From assembly GCA_035712685.1 (NCBI GenBank), contig DASTAL010000169.1, positions 1-41,400 on the forward strand: 41,400 nucleotides of DNA, written 5' to 3'. The notes below the pieces were generated by a model. The model did not search any database. It worked only from the letters and a program-made list of their open reading frames with translations, and had not been told where the DNA came from. The stretch comes from Rudaea sp. (GTDB lineage: Bacteria; Pseudomonadota; Gammaproteobacteria; Xanthomonadales; Rhodanobacteraceae). The stretch's first letter is position 1, and every line of letters begins with the position of its first letter. Position numbers and translations under genes: made by a program. Shown here piece by piece: positions 1-9,345 of the stretch.

Positions 1-141
1 TGATCGCCCGCTCAAGTGGACGGAGGTGCCTTACGAGACCTATCACGCCAACCCGATGCACGCGCGCGCTTGACATCCGCCTGAATATCGCGATCATGTG
101 CCACCAGTGGGTTAATCCCACCAAACATCCAAACCCGCCCA
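1..141. repeat. 141-bp terminal overlap identical to 41260-41400 (circular contig)
   Basis: Sequence 1-141 (tgatcgcccg...aaacccgccca) recurs exactly at 41260-41400; it cuts through a gene, as expected for an assembly overlap. Confidence 0.97.
70..97 (+). promoter_or_regulatory. Putative late promoter (pR'-like)
   Basis: TTGACA at 70-75, 16-nt spacer, GATCAT at 92-97; lies after the Q-like region and before a terminator and the terminase genes. Confidence 0.6.
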
Positions 142-160
142 TGTGGCGGGTTTTTCGTTT
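131..160 (+). terminator. Intrinsic terminator (tR'-like)
   Basis: AAACCCGCC-catgt-GGCGGGTTT followed by TTCGTTT. Confidence 0.8.
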
Positions 161-174
161 CCGGAGATCGACCC

Positions 175-336
175 ATGCGCCTCTACCTCGCCGAAGCAAT
201 CCGCATCAACGGATTGCCGGCGGCGCGTCGCCGCGCGGAAATCGACCGCCTGCCGCTTGGCAGTCGCACCCTGATCGCGGTGCTGGCGAAGCATCTCGCA
301 GAGGGCGGCGCATTCCGCGCCAAGGTGACAGCATGA
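175..336 (+). CDS. Hypothetical protein, 53 aa (MRLYLAEAIRING...; not in ORF track)
   Basis: GGAGA at 163-167, ATG 175, stop overlaps the next start (ATGA at 333-336). Confidence 0.6.
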   Translation: MRLYLAEAIRINGLPAARRRAEIDRLPLGSRTLIAVLAKHLAEGGAFRAKVTA

Positions 337-578
337 CCATCCTGACCTCGAAGGATCGCAACGATCTGCCGTCGCACGTGTTCGGCTTGCCCAAGGAGCG
401 CAAGTACCCGATGCCGGACAAGGCCCATGCAATCGACGCCAAGGACCGCGCGACCGAGGAATACCACAAGGGCCATATCACCAAAGCGCAGCGCGACGAG
501 ATCTTCGCGCACGCTGACCGCGTGATCGCGGCGCACAATCGCCACGAAACCGCGCGCGTCCTGTACGACAAGAAGTAG
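333..578 (+). CDS. DUF6582-like small protein, 81 aa
   Basis: Motif RNDLPSHVFGLPKERKYPMPDKAHA; ATG 333 coupled to the upstream ORF; the track start at 96 spans a terminator. Confidence 0.7.
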   Translation: MTILTSKDRNDLPSHVFGLPKERKYPMPDKAHAIDAKDRATEEYHKGHITKAQRDEIFAHADRVIAAHNRHETARVLYDKK

Positions 579-582
579 GCCG

Positions 583-1011
583 ATGCCCGCGCACAGCAAA
601 CGCAGCCAAGCGCTCGACGATCGCATCTGCGAACGCCTGGCCGATGGCATCCCGCTGCGGACCATTTGCCGCGACGAGAAGATCAGCCACGTCACGGTCG
701 CGACCTGGCGCGAGCAGGACAAGGACTTCGACAAGCGCTGCAAGGACGCGCGCGACAAAGGCTTCGACGCGATCGCCGAAGGCGTGATCGACATCGCCGA
801 CGCGACCGACGACTATCGCATCGACGGCCGCAAGGTGCCGCGGCGCGAACGCGACCCGCAACGCGACAAGCTGCGCGTGTGGACGCGGCTGGAACTGCTG
901 AAAAAGTGGGACCCGAAGCGCTACGGCGACCTGCAGAAGCACGAGCACAGCGGCAAGGTCGGCATCGAGCAGCTCGTGACCGAAAGCCGCAAGACCGACG
1001 CCGCCGACTGA
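583..1011 (+). CDS. terS: Terminase small subunit
   Basis: N-terminal HTH (ICERLADGIPLRTIC...TVATW), RDKLRV...KWDPKRYGD; directly upstream of terL. Confidence 0.88.
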   Translation: MPAHSKRSQALDDRICERLADGIPLRTICRDEKISHVTVATWREQDKDFDKRCKDARDKGFDAIAEGVIDIADATDDYRIDGRKVPRRERDPQRDKLRVWTRLELLKKWDPKRYGDLQKHEHSGKVGIEQLVTESRKTDAAD

Positions 1012-1012
1012 C

Positions 1013-2446
1013 ATGGCGCTTTCGGCGGCTGCTTCGCGCATTCGGGAATGGCGCGAGCATCCGGACGTGTTCGTGCGGGAAGTGTTCGGCGTCGAGCCGG
1101 ACGCCTGGCAGCTCGACGTGCTGCAGGCTTTCCCGACGACGCCCAGGACGGCCATGTGCGCATGCAAGGGACCAGGCAAGACCTCGACGCTGGCCTGGAT
1201 CGCGTGGAACTTTCTGCTGACCCGGCTGCACCCGAAAATCGCGGCCACGTCGATCACCGGCGACAACCTCTCGGATGGCCTGTGGACCGAGATGGCGAAG
1301 TGGCAGGCGCGGTCTGACCTCCTGCAGACCGCGTTCCAGTGGACCCGCACGCGGATCTTCGCCAAGGACCATCCGGAAACGTGGTGGATGAGCGCCAGAA
1401 CGTGGCCGCGATCCGGTTCGAAGGATCAGCAGGCGGACACGCTCGCAGGCCTGCACGCCGACAACCTGCTGTTCCTGATCGACGAGGCGGGCGGCATTCC
1501 GGACGCGGTGCTGGCGGCAGGCGAAGCGGGCCTTGCGAACACGGTGGGCGGCAACGAGGCGCATATCGTCATTGCCGGCAATCCGACGCATCTCGAAGGT
1601 CCGCTGTATCGCGCCGCGACCAGCGAGCGGCACTTGTGGAAGGTGGTCGAGATCACCGCGGATCCAAACGATCCGAACCGCACGCCCAGGGTATCGGCGC
1701 AGTGGGCGAGCGAGCAGATCGAGAAGTGGGGGCGTGACAACCCCTGGGTGCTGGTCAACGTGTTCGGCAAGTTCCCGCCGGCGTCGATCAACGCGCTGAT
1801 CGGACCCGACGAGGTCCGCGCGGCGATGAAGCGCACCGTCACGGAAGCCATGATTCAAGGCTTGCCGATGATCCTTGGCGTGGACGTGGCGCGCGAAGGC
1901 CTGGACGCCAGCGTGATCTACAAGCGCAAGGGACGCAGCGCTGCGCCGCCGATCGTGATGCGCAACGTCGACGGCATCCAGGGCGCAGGCCGCACGTCGC
2001 AGGAGTGGGAGACGTCGAAAGCCGATGCCTGCTTCGTGGACAACACCGGCGGGTTCGGTGCGTCATGGATCGATCAGCTTCGCGTGCTCGGCCGCACGCC
2101 GACGCCGGTGCACTTCGCCGGCAAGCCGACCAACGAGCGCTACGTCAACAAGCGCAGCGAGATGTTGTTCGAGGCCGCGCAATGGGTGAAGGACGGCGGT
2201 TGTCTGCCGGACGATTCGCTGCTGCTCGGCGAGATGGTGGCGAGCGAGTATTTCTTCAAAGGCGACAAGATCGCCGTGATCGAAAAAGACCAGGTCAAGG
2301 CGAAGATCGGACGTTCACCCGATCACTTCGATGCCTTGGCGTTGACGTTCGCTTACCCGGTCGCGCCGCGCGATGCGCACGGCAACCGGCCCGGCGCAAC
2401 GGTTCCGATGCAAAGTCAAACCTACGACCCTTACGCGAGACTCTGA
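1013..2446 (+). CDS. terL: Terminase large subunit
   Basis: Walker A-like CKGPGKT, Walker B FLIDEAGG, coupling motif AGNP, nuclease GVDVAR and SPDHFDALALTFA. Confidence 0.95.
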   Translation: MALSAAASRIREWREHPDVFVREVFGVEPDAWQLDVLQAFPTTPRTAMCACKGPGKTSTLAWIAWNFLLTRLHPKIAATSITGDNLSDGLWTEMAKWQARSDLLQTAFQWTRTRIFAKDHPETWWMSARTWPRSGSKDQQADTLAGLHADNLLFLIDEAGGIPDAVLAAGEAGLANTVGGNEAHIVIAGNPTHLEGPLYRAATSERHLWKVVEITADPNDPNRTPRVSAQWASEQIEKWGRDNPWVLVNVFGKFPPASINALIGPDEVRAAMKRTVTEAMIQGLPMILGVDVAREGLDASVIYKRKGRSAAPPIVMRNVDGIQGAGRTSQEWETSKADACFVDNTGGFGASWIDQLRVLGRTPTPVHFAGKPTNERYVNKRSEMLFEAAQWVKDGGCLPDDSLLLGEMVASEYFFKGDKIAVIEKDQVKAKIGRSPDHFDALALTFAYPVAPRDAHGNRPGATVPMQSQTYDPYARL

Positions 2447-2448
2447 CC

Positions 2449-2667
2449 ATGTGCATGGGCGGCGGCACACCGAAACCCCCGAACACGCCGGCGATCACGC
2501 CGGTGATTCAACCTTCGCAGGCCGTCAACACGCAGTCGATGATGGACGCGAACGCCGAACGTCGCCGCTTGCAGGCGCTTTCAGGCCAGCAGTCGACGAT
2601 CCTGACCAGCGCGACCGGCGCGGCATCCTCGCCGACCGGCGCAGCCAAGACCCTGATCGGATCCTGA
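2449..2667 (+). CDS. Small virion-associated protein (MCMGGG...), 72 aa
   Basis: Sits between terL and portal; MC start and STILTS...KTLIG end are typical of epsilon15/BPP-1-like phages. Confidence 0.75.
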   Translation: MCMGGGTPKPPNTPAITPVIQPSQAVNTQSMMDANAERRRLQALSGQQSTILTSATGAASSPTGAAKTLIGS

Positions 2668-2671
2668 CGCC

Positions 2672-4426
2672 GTGAGCAAGCCCGCAAAGGCACCCGTCAA
2701 GGCTGCCGGCGAATCCAAGCTCGACCGTTACCGCTTGCGCATTGCCGGCATCCGCAATTCGCGCTCGTCGTGGGAAGCGCACTGGCGCGACATCCAGCAC
2801 TACATCAGCCCGCGCTCGGGCAGGTTCTGGCTCGGCGACACCAACATCGGCATCAAGAAGTCGCAGCGCATCATCAACAACGCGCCGACCCAGGCCAGCA
2901 AGACGCTCGCCGCTGGCATGATGAGCGGACTCACGTCGCCCTCGCGGCCGTGGTTCCGGCTAATGACGCCGGATCCGAACATGATGGAAGTCGGCAGCGT
3001 GAAGCTCTGGCTGTTCACGGTCGAGAGCCGCATGCGCGACGTGCTGGCGCGCTCGAACCTGTACCAATGCTTGCCCAACCTCTACCGCGAGCTCGGCGAC
3101 TACGGCACCAGCCTGATGCTGTGCGAGGCCGACGATGCGTTCGTCTGCCGCTTCGCGCCGCTGACGATCGGTTCGTACTGGCTCGCCACCAACGACAAGC
3201 GCGAGGTCGACACGGTTTATCGCGAAGTCGAAATGACCGTGCGGCAGGTGGTGGAAAAGTTCGGTTACGAAAAATGCTCGGGGAACGTGCGCTCGCAGTT
3301 CGACGCGCAGCACTTCGAGAACCGCATCACTGTCGACCACCTGATCCAGCCGAACAACGAGCGCAACCCCAAGCTCCTCGACGCCAAGAACAAACCCTGG
3401 TCGAGCTGCTATTGGGAACGCGGGCAAGCGCAATTCCTGCGTGAATCTGGCTACACGAACAAGCCGTTCTTCGCGCCGCGGTGGGACGTGCTCGGCGATG
3501 ACATCTATGGATCGAGCCCCGGCATGGACGCGCTCGGCGACGCCAAGATGCTGCAGGTGCGCGAGAAGCAGTTTGCGATGGCGATCGACAAGCATGTCGA
3601 CCCGCCGCTGGTGGGCGGCCCGGATCTTCGCAGCAGCGGCGTCAACGCGCTGCCTGGCACCGTCACCTTCGCCAACCCGCAAGCCGGCGGCTTCGGGCTG
3701 CAGACGATCTACCAGACCACGCCCGACTACCAGGGCGCGCTGCAGGACAAGCAGGACATCATCAACCGCGTGCGCGACGTGTACTACGCGAACCTGTTCC
3801 TGATGCTGGACCAGCAACCGCAGACCGGCATGACCGCAACCGAAGTCAACGAGCGCGTGCAGGAAAAGATGCTGGCGCTCGGCCCGGTGCTGGAACGCTT
3901 GAACAACGAGCTGCTCGATCCGCTGATCGACCGCGTGTTCGGGCTGATGGTGGAAGCCTCGGCGCCGTATTGGGATGGCCGCTTGAATGGTGCGCCGCTG
4001 TTGCCGCCGCCGCCGCAGGAGCTCTCCGGCATGCCGCTGCGCGTCGAGTACATCTCGATCCTGGCGCAAGCGCAAAAGTCGCTGCAGGTGGGCTCGATCC
4101 AGCAGGTACTCCAATTCGCCGCCGGCGCTGCGAGCGCGTTCCCGCAGGTGCTCGACAAGGTCGACATTGACGAGGCGATCGATCAGTACGCGACCGACCT
4201 CGGCGCGCCGCCCTCGATCATCGTGTCCGACGACAAGGTCAAGGCGATTCGCGCACGCAAGCAGCAGATGCAGCAGCAGCAGCAGATGGCCGCGATGGCG
4301 CCGGCGTATGCGCAATACGCCAAGGCCGCCAAGGACGCGAGCGCGGCCCAGGCGACGCCCGGTAGCCTGCTCGGCGCCGCGGGCGCCGCGATCAACGCCG
4401 GTCAGCAAGGCGTGCCGCAGCCGTGA
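2672..4426 (+). CDS. Portal (head-tail connector), T7 gp8/BPP-1-like
   Basis: LAAGMMSGLTSPSRPWF, YGSSPGMDALGD, MTATEVNERVQEKMLALGPVLERL. Confidence 0.95.
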   Translation: MSKPAKAPVKAAGESKLDRYRLRIAGIRNSRSSWEAHWRDIQHYISPRSGRFWLGDTNIGIKKSQRIINNAPTQASKTLAAGMMSGLTSPSRPWFRLMTPDPNMMEVGSVKLWLFTVESRMRDVLARSNLYQCLPNLYRELGDYGTSLMLCEADDAFVCRFAPLTIGSYWLATNDKREVDTVYREVEMTVRQVVEKFGYEKCSGNVRSQFDAQHFENRITVDHLIQPNNERNPKLLDAKNKPWSSCYWERGQAQFLRESGYTNKPFFAPRWDVLGDDIYGSSPGMDALGDAKMLQVREKQFAMAIDKHVDPPLVGGPDLRSSGVNALPGTVTFANPQAGGFGLQTIYQTTPDYQGALQDKQDIINRVRDVYYANLFLMLDQQPQTGMTATEVNERVQEKMLALGPVLERLNNELLDPLIDRVFGLMVEASAPYWDGRLNGAPLLPPPPQELSGMPLRVEYISILAQAQKSLQVGSIQQVLQFAAGAASAFPQVLDKVDIDEAIDQYATDLGAPPSIIVSDDKVKAIRARKQQMQQQQQMAAMAPAYAQYAKAAKDASAAQATPGSLLGAAGAAINAGQQGVPQP

Positions 4427-4737
4427 GACAGCAGGAAATCGAACGCGAAGCCGCGGCCAGGCGCGAGGCGCGCTACCAGCGCGCGCAGCACAAGGACATC
4501 GCAGCGCTGCTCAATACGCCGGAGTTCCGGCGCTACGTGAAGCGCTATCTCGCGCTCTGCAACGTGTTCAAGACCACGTTCACCGGCAACAGCGAAACGT
4601 TCTTTCGCGAAGGTCAGCGCTCGATCGGCACCACGATGTTCGGCGAGATCATGCAGGTGAGCCCGGAGCGGTTCGCCGACCTGATGCGCGAGCCGATGCC
4701 CGAGGACGACGACGAGCAGGGCGCCGCGAAAACCTGA
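4423..4737 (+). CDS. Bbp19-like protein
   Basis: TFFREGQRSIG motif; between portal and scaffold; GTGA overlap. Confidence 0.75.
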   Translation: MRQQEIEREAAARREARYQRAQHKDIAALLNTPEFRRYVKRYLALCNVFKTTFTGNSETFFREGQRSIGTTMFGEIMQVSPERFADLMREPMPEDDDEQGAAKT

Positions 4738-4773
4738 TTCACCCCGACGCGCACCCGCGCGCCGGCCATCCAC

Positions 4774-4800
4774 AAGCCGCCTTCGGGCGGCTTTTTTGTT
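4774..4800 (+). terminator. Intrinsic terminator
   Basis: AAGCCGCC-TTCG-GGCGGCTT followed by TTTTGTT. Confidence 0.85.
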
Positions 4801-4814
4801 GACCCGAGGAATCC

Positions 4815-5528
4815 ATGACCGAGCAATCACCCGCCGCTGCCACGACCCCGAACGCAGCCGCCGCCGATGCAACGTCAGGAACGCCGACCCCTCCCGCGGC
4901 TGCTGCAACGCCGCCCGCTGGATCGGCGACACCTGCAAACCCTGCACAACCCGCTGCAACCGTCGTCAACGGTGACGGCAAGCCAGCCGAAGGCGCAGCC
5001 GCGCCCAAGCCTGGCGAAGCTGCCAAACCCGGCGAAGCACCTGCAGGCGCGCCCGAAAAGTACGAATTCGCGCCGCCCGAAGGCATGACGCTGGAACCCG
5101 AGACCACGACGCAATTCGAGACCGTCGCGCGCGAACTCAACCTCACCAACGAGCAGGCCAACAAGCTGCTCCCGCTGGCCGGGGAGCTGGTCAAGCGCAA
5201 CGTCGCGATGCAGCAGGAAGCGCAGGTCAAGCAGGTTCAGAAGTGGCTCGATGAATCGAAGGCCGACACCGAGTTCGGCGGCGACAAGTTCGACACGAAC
5301 GTCACCGCCGTGCGTGCTGCCGTCGCGCGATTCGCCACGCCGCAACTGAAAGAGCTGATGGATCAGACCGGGCTCGGGAATCACCCCGAAGTCGTCCGGC
5401 TTTTCTATCGCATCGGCAACGCCATCGCGGACGACAAGTTTGTCGCAGCGCCTCCCGCTGCGCCGAAGAAGTCGACCGCGTCGGTTCTGTTTGATCACCC
5501 GACCTCTCACCAAGGAAATCAGTCATGA
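4815..5528 (+). CDS. Capsid scaffolding protein
   Basis: A/P-rich N-terminus, APEKYEF, TGLGNHPEVVRLFYRIG; directly before the MCP gene. Confidence 0.85.
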   Translation: MTEQSPAAATTPNAAAADATSGTPTPPAAAATPPAGSATPANPAQPAATVVNGDGKPAEGAAAPKPGEAAKPGEAPAGAPEKYEFAPPEGMTLEPETTTQFETVARELNLTNEQANKLLPLAGELVKRNVAMQQEAQVKQVQKWLDESKADTEFGGDKFDTNVTAVRAAVARFATPQLKELMDQTGLGNHPEVVRLFYRIGNAIADDKFVAAPPAAPKKSTASVLFDHPTSHQGNQS

Positions 5529-6577
5529 CCAATCTCACCGTTCCATCCGGCGCCGTCACGCTGCTCGATTGGGCCAAGTCGATTGACCCGGAAGGCAAAG
5601 TCTCGAAGGTTGCCGAGCTGTTGGCGCAGACCAACGAAATCCTGATGGAGATGCCTTTCATCGAAGGCAACCTTCCCACCGGCCACCGCGCCACCGTGCG
5701 CACTGGGTTGCCCGCCGCCATCTGGCGCAAGCTGTACCAGGGCGTGCCGCCCTCCAAGTCGCTGCGTGCGACGATCGAGGACTCGTGCGGCATCCTCGAA
5801 GCCCGCTCCGAAGTCGACAAGGATCTTGCCGACTTGAACGGCAACAGCGACGCGTTCCGGCTCTCCGAGGGCCAGGCGTTCATCGAGGCGATCAATCAGA
5901 ACATGGCCCAGGCGGTCATGTACGGCGACTCGACGATCAACCCCGAGCAGTTCAATGGCCTGTCGCAGCGGTACAACACCATCAACACGGCCAATTCGCA
6001 AATCGCGAAGAACGTGATCAGTGCCGGCGGTTCGGGCAACTGCTCGTCCGTGTGGCTGGTGCTGTGGGGTGAGAACACCGTGACCGGCATTTTCCCGAAG
6101 GGGTCGCAAGCCGGCCTGTTCCATCAGGACCTCGGCGAGATCGATGCGTTCGACGCCAACCAGGGCCGCTTCCGCGCCTACGCCGACATCTGGAAGTGGA
6201 AGTGTGGCCTGCACGTGAAGGACTGGCGCTACGTCGTGCGCATCGCCAACATCTCGATGACCGACCTGCTCGGCCAGTCCGGCACGCAGCTCAACACCGC
6301 GGCCACGTGGCTGCCGAAGCTGATGGTCAAGGCCTGCGCCCGCATTCCGTTCATGGGCATGGGTCGCGCCGCGTTCTACGCCTCGCGCTCGGTCAAGGAA
6401 ATGCTGGCCGTGGGCGCGATCGACAAGTCGCAGAACATCATGTCGATCCAGGCCGCAGCCGATCAGTTCGGCAAGGTCGAACCCGGCTTCGTCGGCGCCG
6501 GCGGCACGCTGCGCGTCAACGGCATCCCGGTGCGTACGGTCGATCGCATTCTCGAAACCGAGACCGCGCTGACCTGA
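5525..6577 (+). CDS. Major capsid protein (BPP-1 Bbp17/epsilon15 gp7-like)
   Basis: TLLDWAK, TNEIL, GHRATVRTGLP..WRKLYQG, GLHVKDWRYVVRIANI. Confidence 0.95.
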   Translation: MTNLTVPSGAVTLLDWAKSIDPEGKVSKVAELLAQTNEILMEMPFIEGNLPTGHRATVRTGLPAAIWRKLYQGVPPSKSLRATIEDSCGILEARSEVDKDLADLNGNSDAFRLSEGQAFIEAINQNMAQAVMYGDSTINPEQFNGLSQRYNTINTANSQIAKNVISAGGSGNCSSVWLVLWGENTVTGIFPKGSQAGLFHQDLGEIDAFDANQGRFRAYADIWKWKCGLHVKDWRYVVRIANISMTDLLGQSGTQLNTAATWLPKLMVKACARIPFMGMGRAAFYASRSVKEMLAVGAIDKSQNIMSIQAAADQFGKVEPGFVGAGGTLRVNGIPVRTVDRILETETALT

Positions 6578-6619
6578 TCGGTGGCCTGATCGGGTTCGCC
6601 CGATCTGGCTTCGCTGATC
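6576..6619 (+). promoter_or_regulatory. Long hairpin after the MCP stop (mRNA stability or processing element)
   Basis: GATCGGG-TTCG-CCCGATC core with extended flanking pairing; no U-tract. Confidence 0.5.
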
Positions 6620-6649
6620 GTCAACCCCATCACTACGAGGAATTTCCCC

Positions 6650-7138
6650 ATGTACGTCGACACCCAAACCTCGTTCTCGGACTCGCAGGCACTCACTGCC
6701 ACGGCGATTTCGAGCAACGTTTACGACCTCTTCTCCACCCTCGCGGGTGGCACTTCCAGCGCGGGCGGCGTCTCGCCCAACACGAAGCTCGACATCGGCT
6801 CCGGCCCTGGCGACCTGTACCTGGTCGTGCGTACCAACGTGGCACTGACCGGCGGCACGACGCCGACACTCGCGATCACGCTGGAAACGGCCGACGATGC
6901 TGGCCTGACCACCAACGATCAGGTGTTGTTTTCAAGCGGCGCGCTGGCCCAGTCGGCGTTCACCGCTGCGGGCTCTACGCTGGTTGCCATCCGCCTGCCG
7001 ATCGCGCTGTATCGTCGCTACGTGGGCCTGCGCTACACGATCACCGGCGGCCCGCTGACGGGTGGCTCGGTCGATGCGTTCCTGACGCCGACGCTCGACA
7101 TCAGCCGCGTCTACCAGTCCGCGATCAACGTCCAGTAA
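6650..7138 (+). CDS. Capsid cement protein (Bbp16-like)
   Basis: MYVD..FSDSQALTATAISSNVYDL, RRYVGLRYTI; follows MCP; GAGGA SD. Confidence 0.88.
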   Translation: MYVDTQTSFSDSQALTATAISSNVYDLFSTLAGGTSSAGGVSPNTKLDIGSGPGDLYLVVRTNVALTGGTTPTLAITLETADDAGLTTNDQVLFSSGALAQSAFTAAGSTLVAIRLPIALYRRYVGLRYTITGGPLTGGSVDAFLTPTLDISRVYQSAINVQ

Positions 7139-7207
7139 TCGGACGGCGATCGGTAGGCCATCGGTCGGCAATCGACCGTTCAACCCTCCCGCAAGGAGAA
7201 CAGCGAC

Positions 7208-7423
7208 ATGACAAACGTAAAGGTGAAGGCCATCGAAAACGGCCACGACGGCGTGCAGTACCGGAACGCCGGCGAAGTTTTCGAGATCGACAAGGGCCGC
7301 TTGAAAGACGGCTCGACCTGGTTCGTCAAGCTGGCTGATGCGCCGGCCGAAGCCGATGACATTGTGGGCGCCGACGCGTCCACGGTGCCTGTGGATCAGG
7401 CTGCCGAACCGCCCGCGGCGTGA
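7208..7423 (+). CDS. Hypothetical virion-region protein, 71 aa
   Basis: AAGGAG SD; YRNAGEVFEI motif common after cement genes. Confidence 0.7.
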   Translation: MTNVKVKAIENGHDGVQYRNAGEVFEIDKGRLKDGSTWFVKLADAPAEADDIVGADASTVPVDQAAEPPAA

Positions 7424-7448
7424 CCGCTTGAGTTGACAGTGGCGAACG

Positions 7449-7478
7449 AGAGGGCCGGGTTTTCCGGCCCTCTTTTTT
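7449..7478 (+). terminator. Intrinsic terminator
   Basis: AGAGGGCCGG-gtttt-CCGGCCCTCT followed by TTTTT. Confidence 0.85.
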
Positions 7479-7489
7479 CAGGATCCGCA

Positions 7490-8191
7490 ATGTCCTCTTC
7501 CGCAACCGAAATCTACAACCGCGCGCTCTCGCGGATCGGCATCGACCAGTTCCTCGGCGACCCGACCGAAACCTCGAAGGCGGGCACGTTGTATCGCATG
7601 TGGTACGACGCCAGCCGGCAAACGTGCCTGCGCGATTTCCCGTGGAACTTCGCGACCACCATCCTCGCGCTGGCGCCGCTCGCGAACCTCACGGTGCCAG
7701 GCTGGGGCTACGTCTACGCCTATCCGGTGGATTGCCTGCAGGCGCGCCAGGTGTGCAATGCCGATGGCGCGCGCACCACGCTCGCCGGCGTGCTGTACGG
7801 CGACACGTTCGATTATCCGTGGAGCACCGCCTACCAGGGCGGTTATCCGGCGATCGGCGTGCCGAAGATGCCGTTCAAGGTGCTGTCGATCAAGAACGGC
7901 TCGGGCGGCAATCAGCGCGTGATCGTGACCGACATGCCGAACGCGTTCCTGGTCTACACGATCGACGTGCAGGACACCGGGCAATTCGACGCCGGCTTCG
8001 TCGACGCGCTCGAATGGCTGATCTCGTCAGAAGTCGCCGGTCCCTTCATCGGCGCGCCCGCCGGGCAGCAAGTGGCCGAGCAGTGCGGCAAGTATTACCG
8101 CAATGCGGTGCTCAACGCGCGTGCGCAGAACCTCAACGAGTCGACGCCTGACACGCGGCCCGACTCCCCCGCGGTGTCCGCGCGGCTATGA
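7490..8191 (+). CDS. Head-tail adaptor / tail tubular protein A
   Basis: EIYNRALSRIG, PWNFAT, YAYPVDCL, FDAGFVDAL; ATG 7490 lies after the terminator. Confidence 0.85.
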   Translation: MSSSATEIYNRALSRIGIDQFLGDPTETSKAGTLYRMWYDASRQTCLRDFPWNFATTILALAPLANLTVPGWGYVYAYPVDCLQARQVCNADGARTTLAGVLYGDTFDYPWSTAYQGGYPAIGVPKMPFKVLSIKNGSGGNQRVIVTDMPNAFLVYTIDVQDTGQFDAGFVDALEWLISSEVAGPFIGAPAGQQVAEQCGKYYRNAVLNARAQNLNESTPDTRPDSPAVSARL

Positions 8192-9345
8192 AAGTCATCC
8201 AGCCGTCATTCACAGGCGGCGAAATTTCCCCGAGCCTGTACGCGCGTACCGACTTGGAGCGCTACGCGTCCAGCGTGCGCACCTGCCGCAACTTCATCGT
8301 GTCGAGCTTCGGCGGTCTCTACAACCGACCGGGAACGCGTTACATCGCGCCGACCAAGACCAATCAGAAGGTGCGCCTGATCCCGTTCCAGTTCAACACC
8401 GAGCAGACCTACGTGATCGAGCTCGGCAACGGTTACGCGCGGTTCTACTCGAACGGCTTCCAGGTGACGAGCGGCGGCAGCCCAGTCGAGATCACGACGC
8501 CCTGGTCGGCGACCGACGTGTGGGACTTGCGCTTCACCCAGTCGGCCGACGTGCTGTACCTGACGCACCCCAATTACCCGCCGCAGATGATCGAGCGCAC
8601 CAGCGCATCGAGCTTCACCATCACGCCCTACGCGGCAAAAGAGGGACCGTTCCAGCCCGTCAACCCGGATCAGTCGGCCCTGATGGCCTCGAGCGCCGTC
8701 ACCGGCAACGTGACCCTCACCAGCAACTCGGGCGCGTTCCAGGCGGGCATGGTCGGCCAGTTTGTCTATCTCGAAAACGCGAACCTCTCGGCCAACAAGC
8801 CGTGGACCTCGGGGGAGAAAAATTGCGCGGTCGGGCAGTTCCGCGTCAACGCCGGCAACACGTATCAATGCATCGCGCAGTCGAGCGGCGGCACGTATGT
8901 GCTATGCGGCGGCAACGCGCCGCAGCACAACGAGGGCGCCGAGTGGGACGGCCCGGGCGACGTGCGCTCGGATGGCACGGCCAACTATTCCGTGGGCTGT
9001 CTGTGGCAGTACATCGACGCCGGCTACGGCATCGCGCAGATTACCGGCTTCACCAACGCCAACACGGTCAGCGCGTTCGTGACCAAGCGCTTGCCCGCCG
9101 GCGTCATTGGCGGCGCGGGCACGCCGGCGCACACGTGGAGCATGACGGGCGATGGCAGCACCGTGATCTTCCCGCTCGCCGGCAACGTCACCAACATCCC
9201 GACGAATTACAGCGTCACGATCGGCGGTGTCCAGGTGCAGTGGAACCCGAACTATGACCCGAACCCGAACGGCCCGGCGCCGATCGGGAGCAGCGGCAGC
9301 GGCGGCTTTACGGGCGGCGGTGTTGGGCAGGGATCACGCCAATGA
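8188..9345 (+). CDS. Tail nozzle (tubular protein B), N-terminal part
   Basis: QPSFTGGEISPSLYARTDL, RPGTRY, LIPFQF, FTQSADVLYLTHPNYPP. Confidence 0.88.
   Translation: MKVIQPSFTGGEISPSLYARTDLERYASSVRTCRNFIVSSFGGLYNRPGTRYIAPTKTNQKVRLIPFQFNTEQTYVIELGNGYARFYSNGFQVTSGGSPVEITTPWSATDVWDLRFTQSADVLYLTHPNYPPQMIERTSASSFTITPYAAKEGPFQPVNPDQSALMASSAVTGNVTLTSNSGAFQAGMVGQFVYLENANLSANKPWTSGEKNCAVGQFRVNAGNTYQCIAQSSGGTYVLCGGNAPQHNEGAEWDGPGDVRSDGTANYSVGCLWQYIDAGYGIAQITGFTNANTVSAFVTKRLPAGVIGGAGTPAHTWSMTGDGSTVIFPLAGNVTNIPTNYSVTIGGVQVQWNPNYDPNPNGPAPIGSSGSGGFTGGGVGQGSRQ

Noticed and set aside
4261-4290. CAG/poly-Gln tract as a contingency repeat
   Set aside because: Gln-rich C-terminal helices are usual in this portal family.
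9258-9345. Programmed -1 frameshift joining the nozzle halves
   Set aside because: No XXXYYYZ slippery site visible; the ATGA overlap is more simply explained by coupled translation. Not fully excluded.
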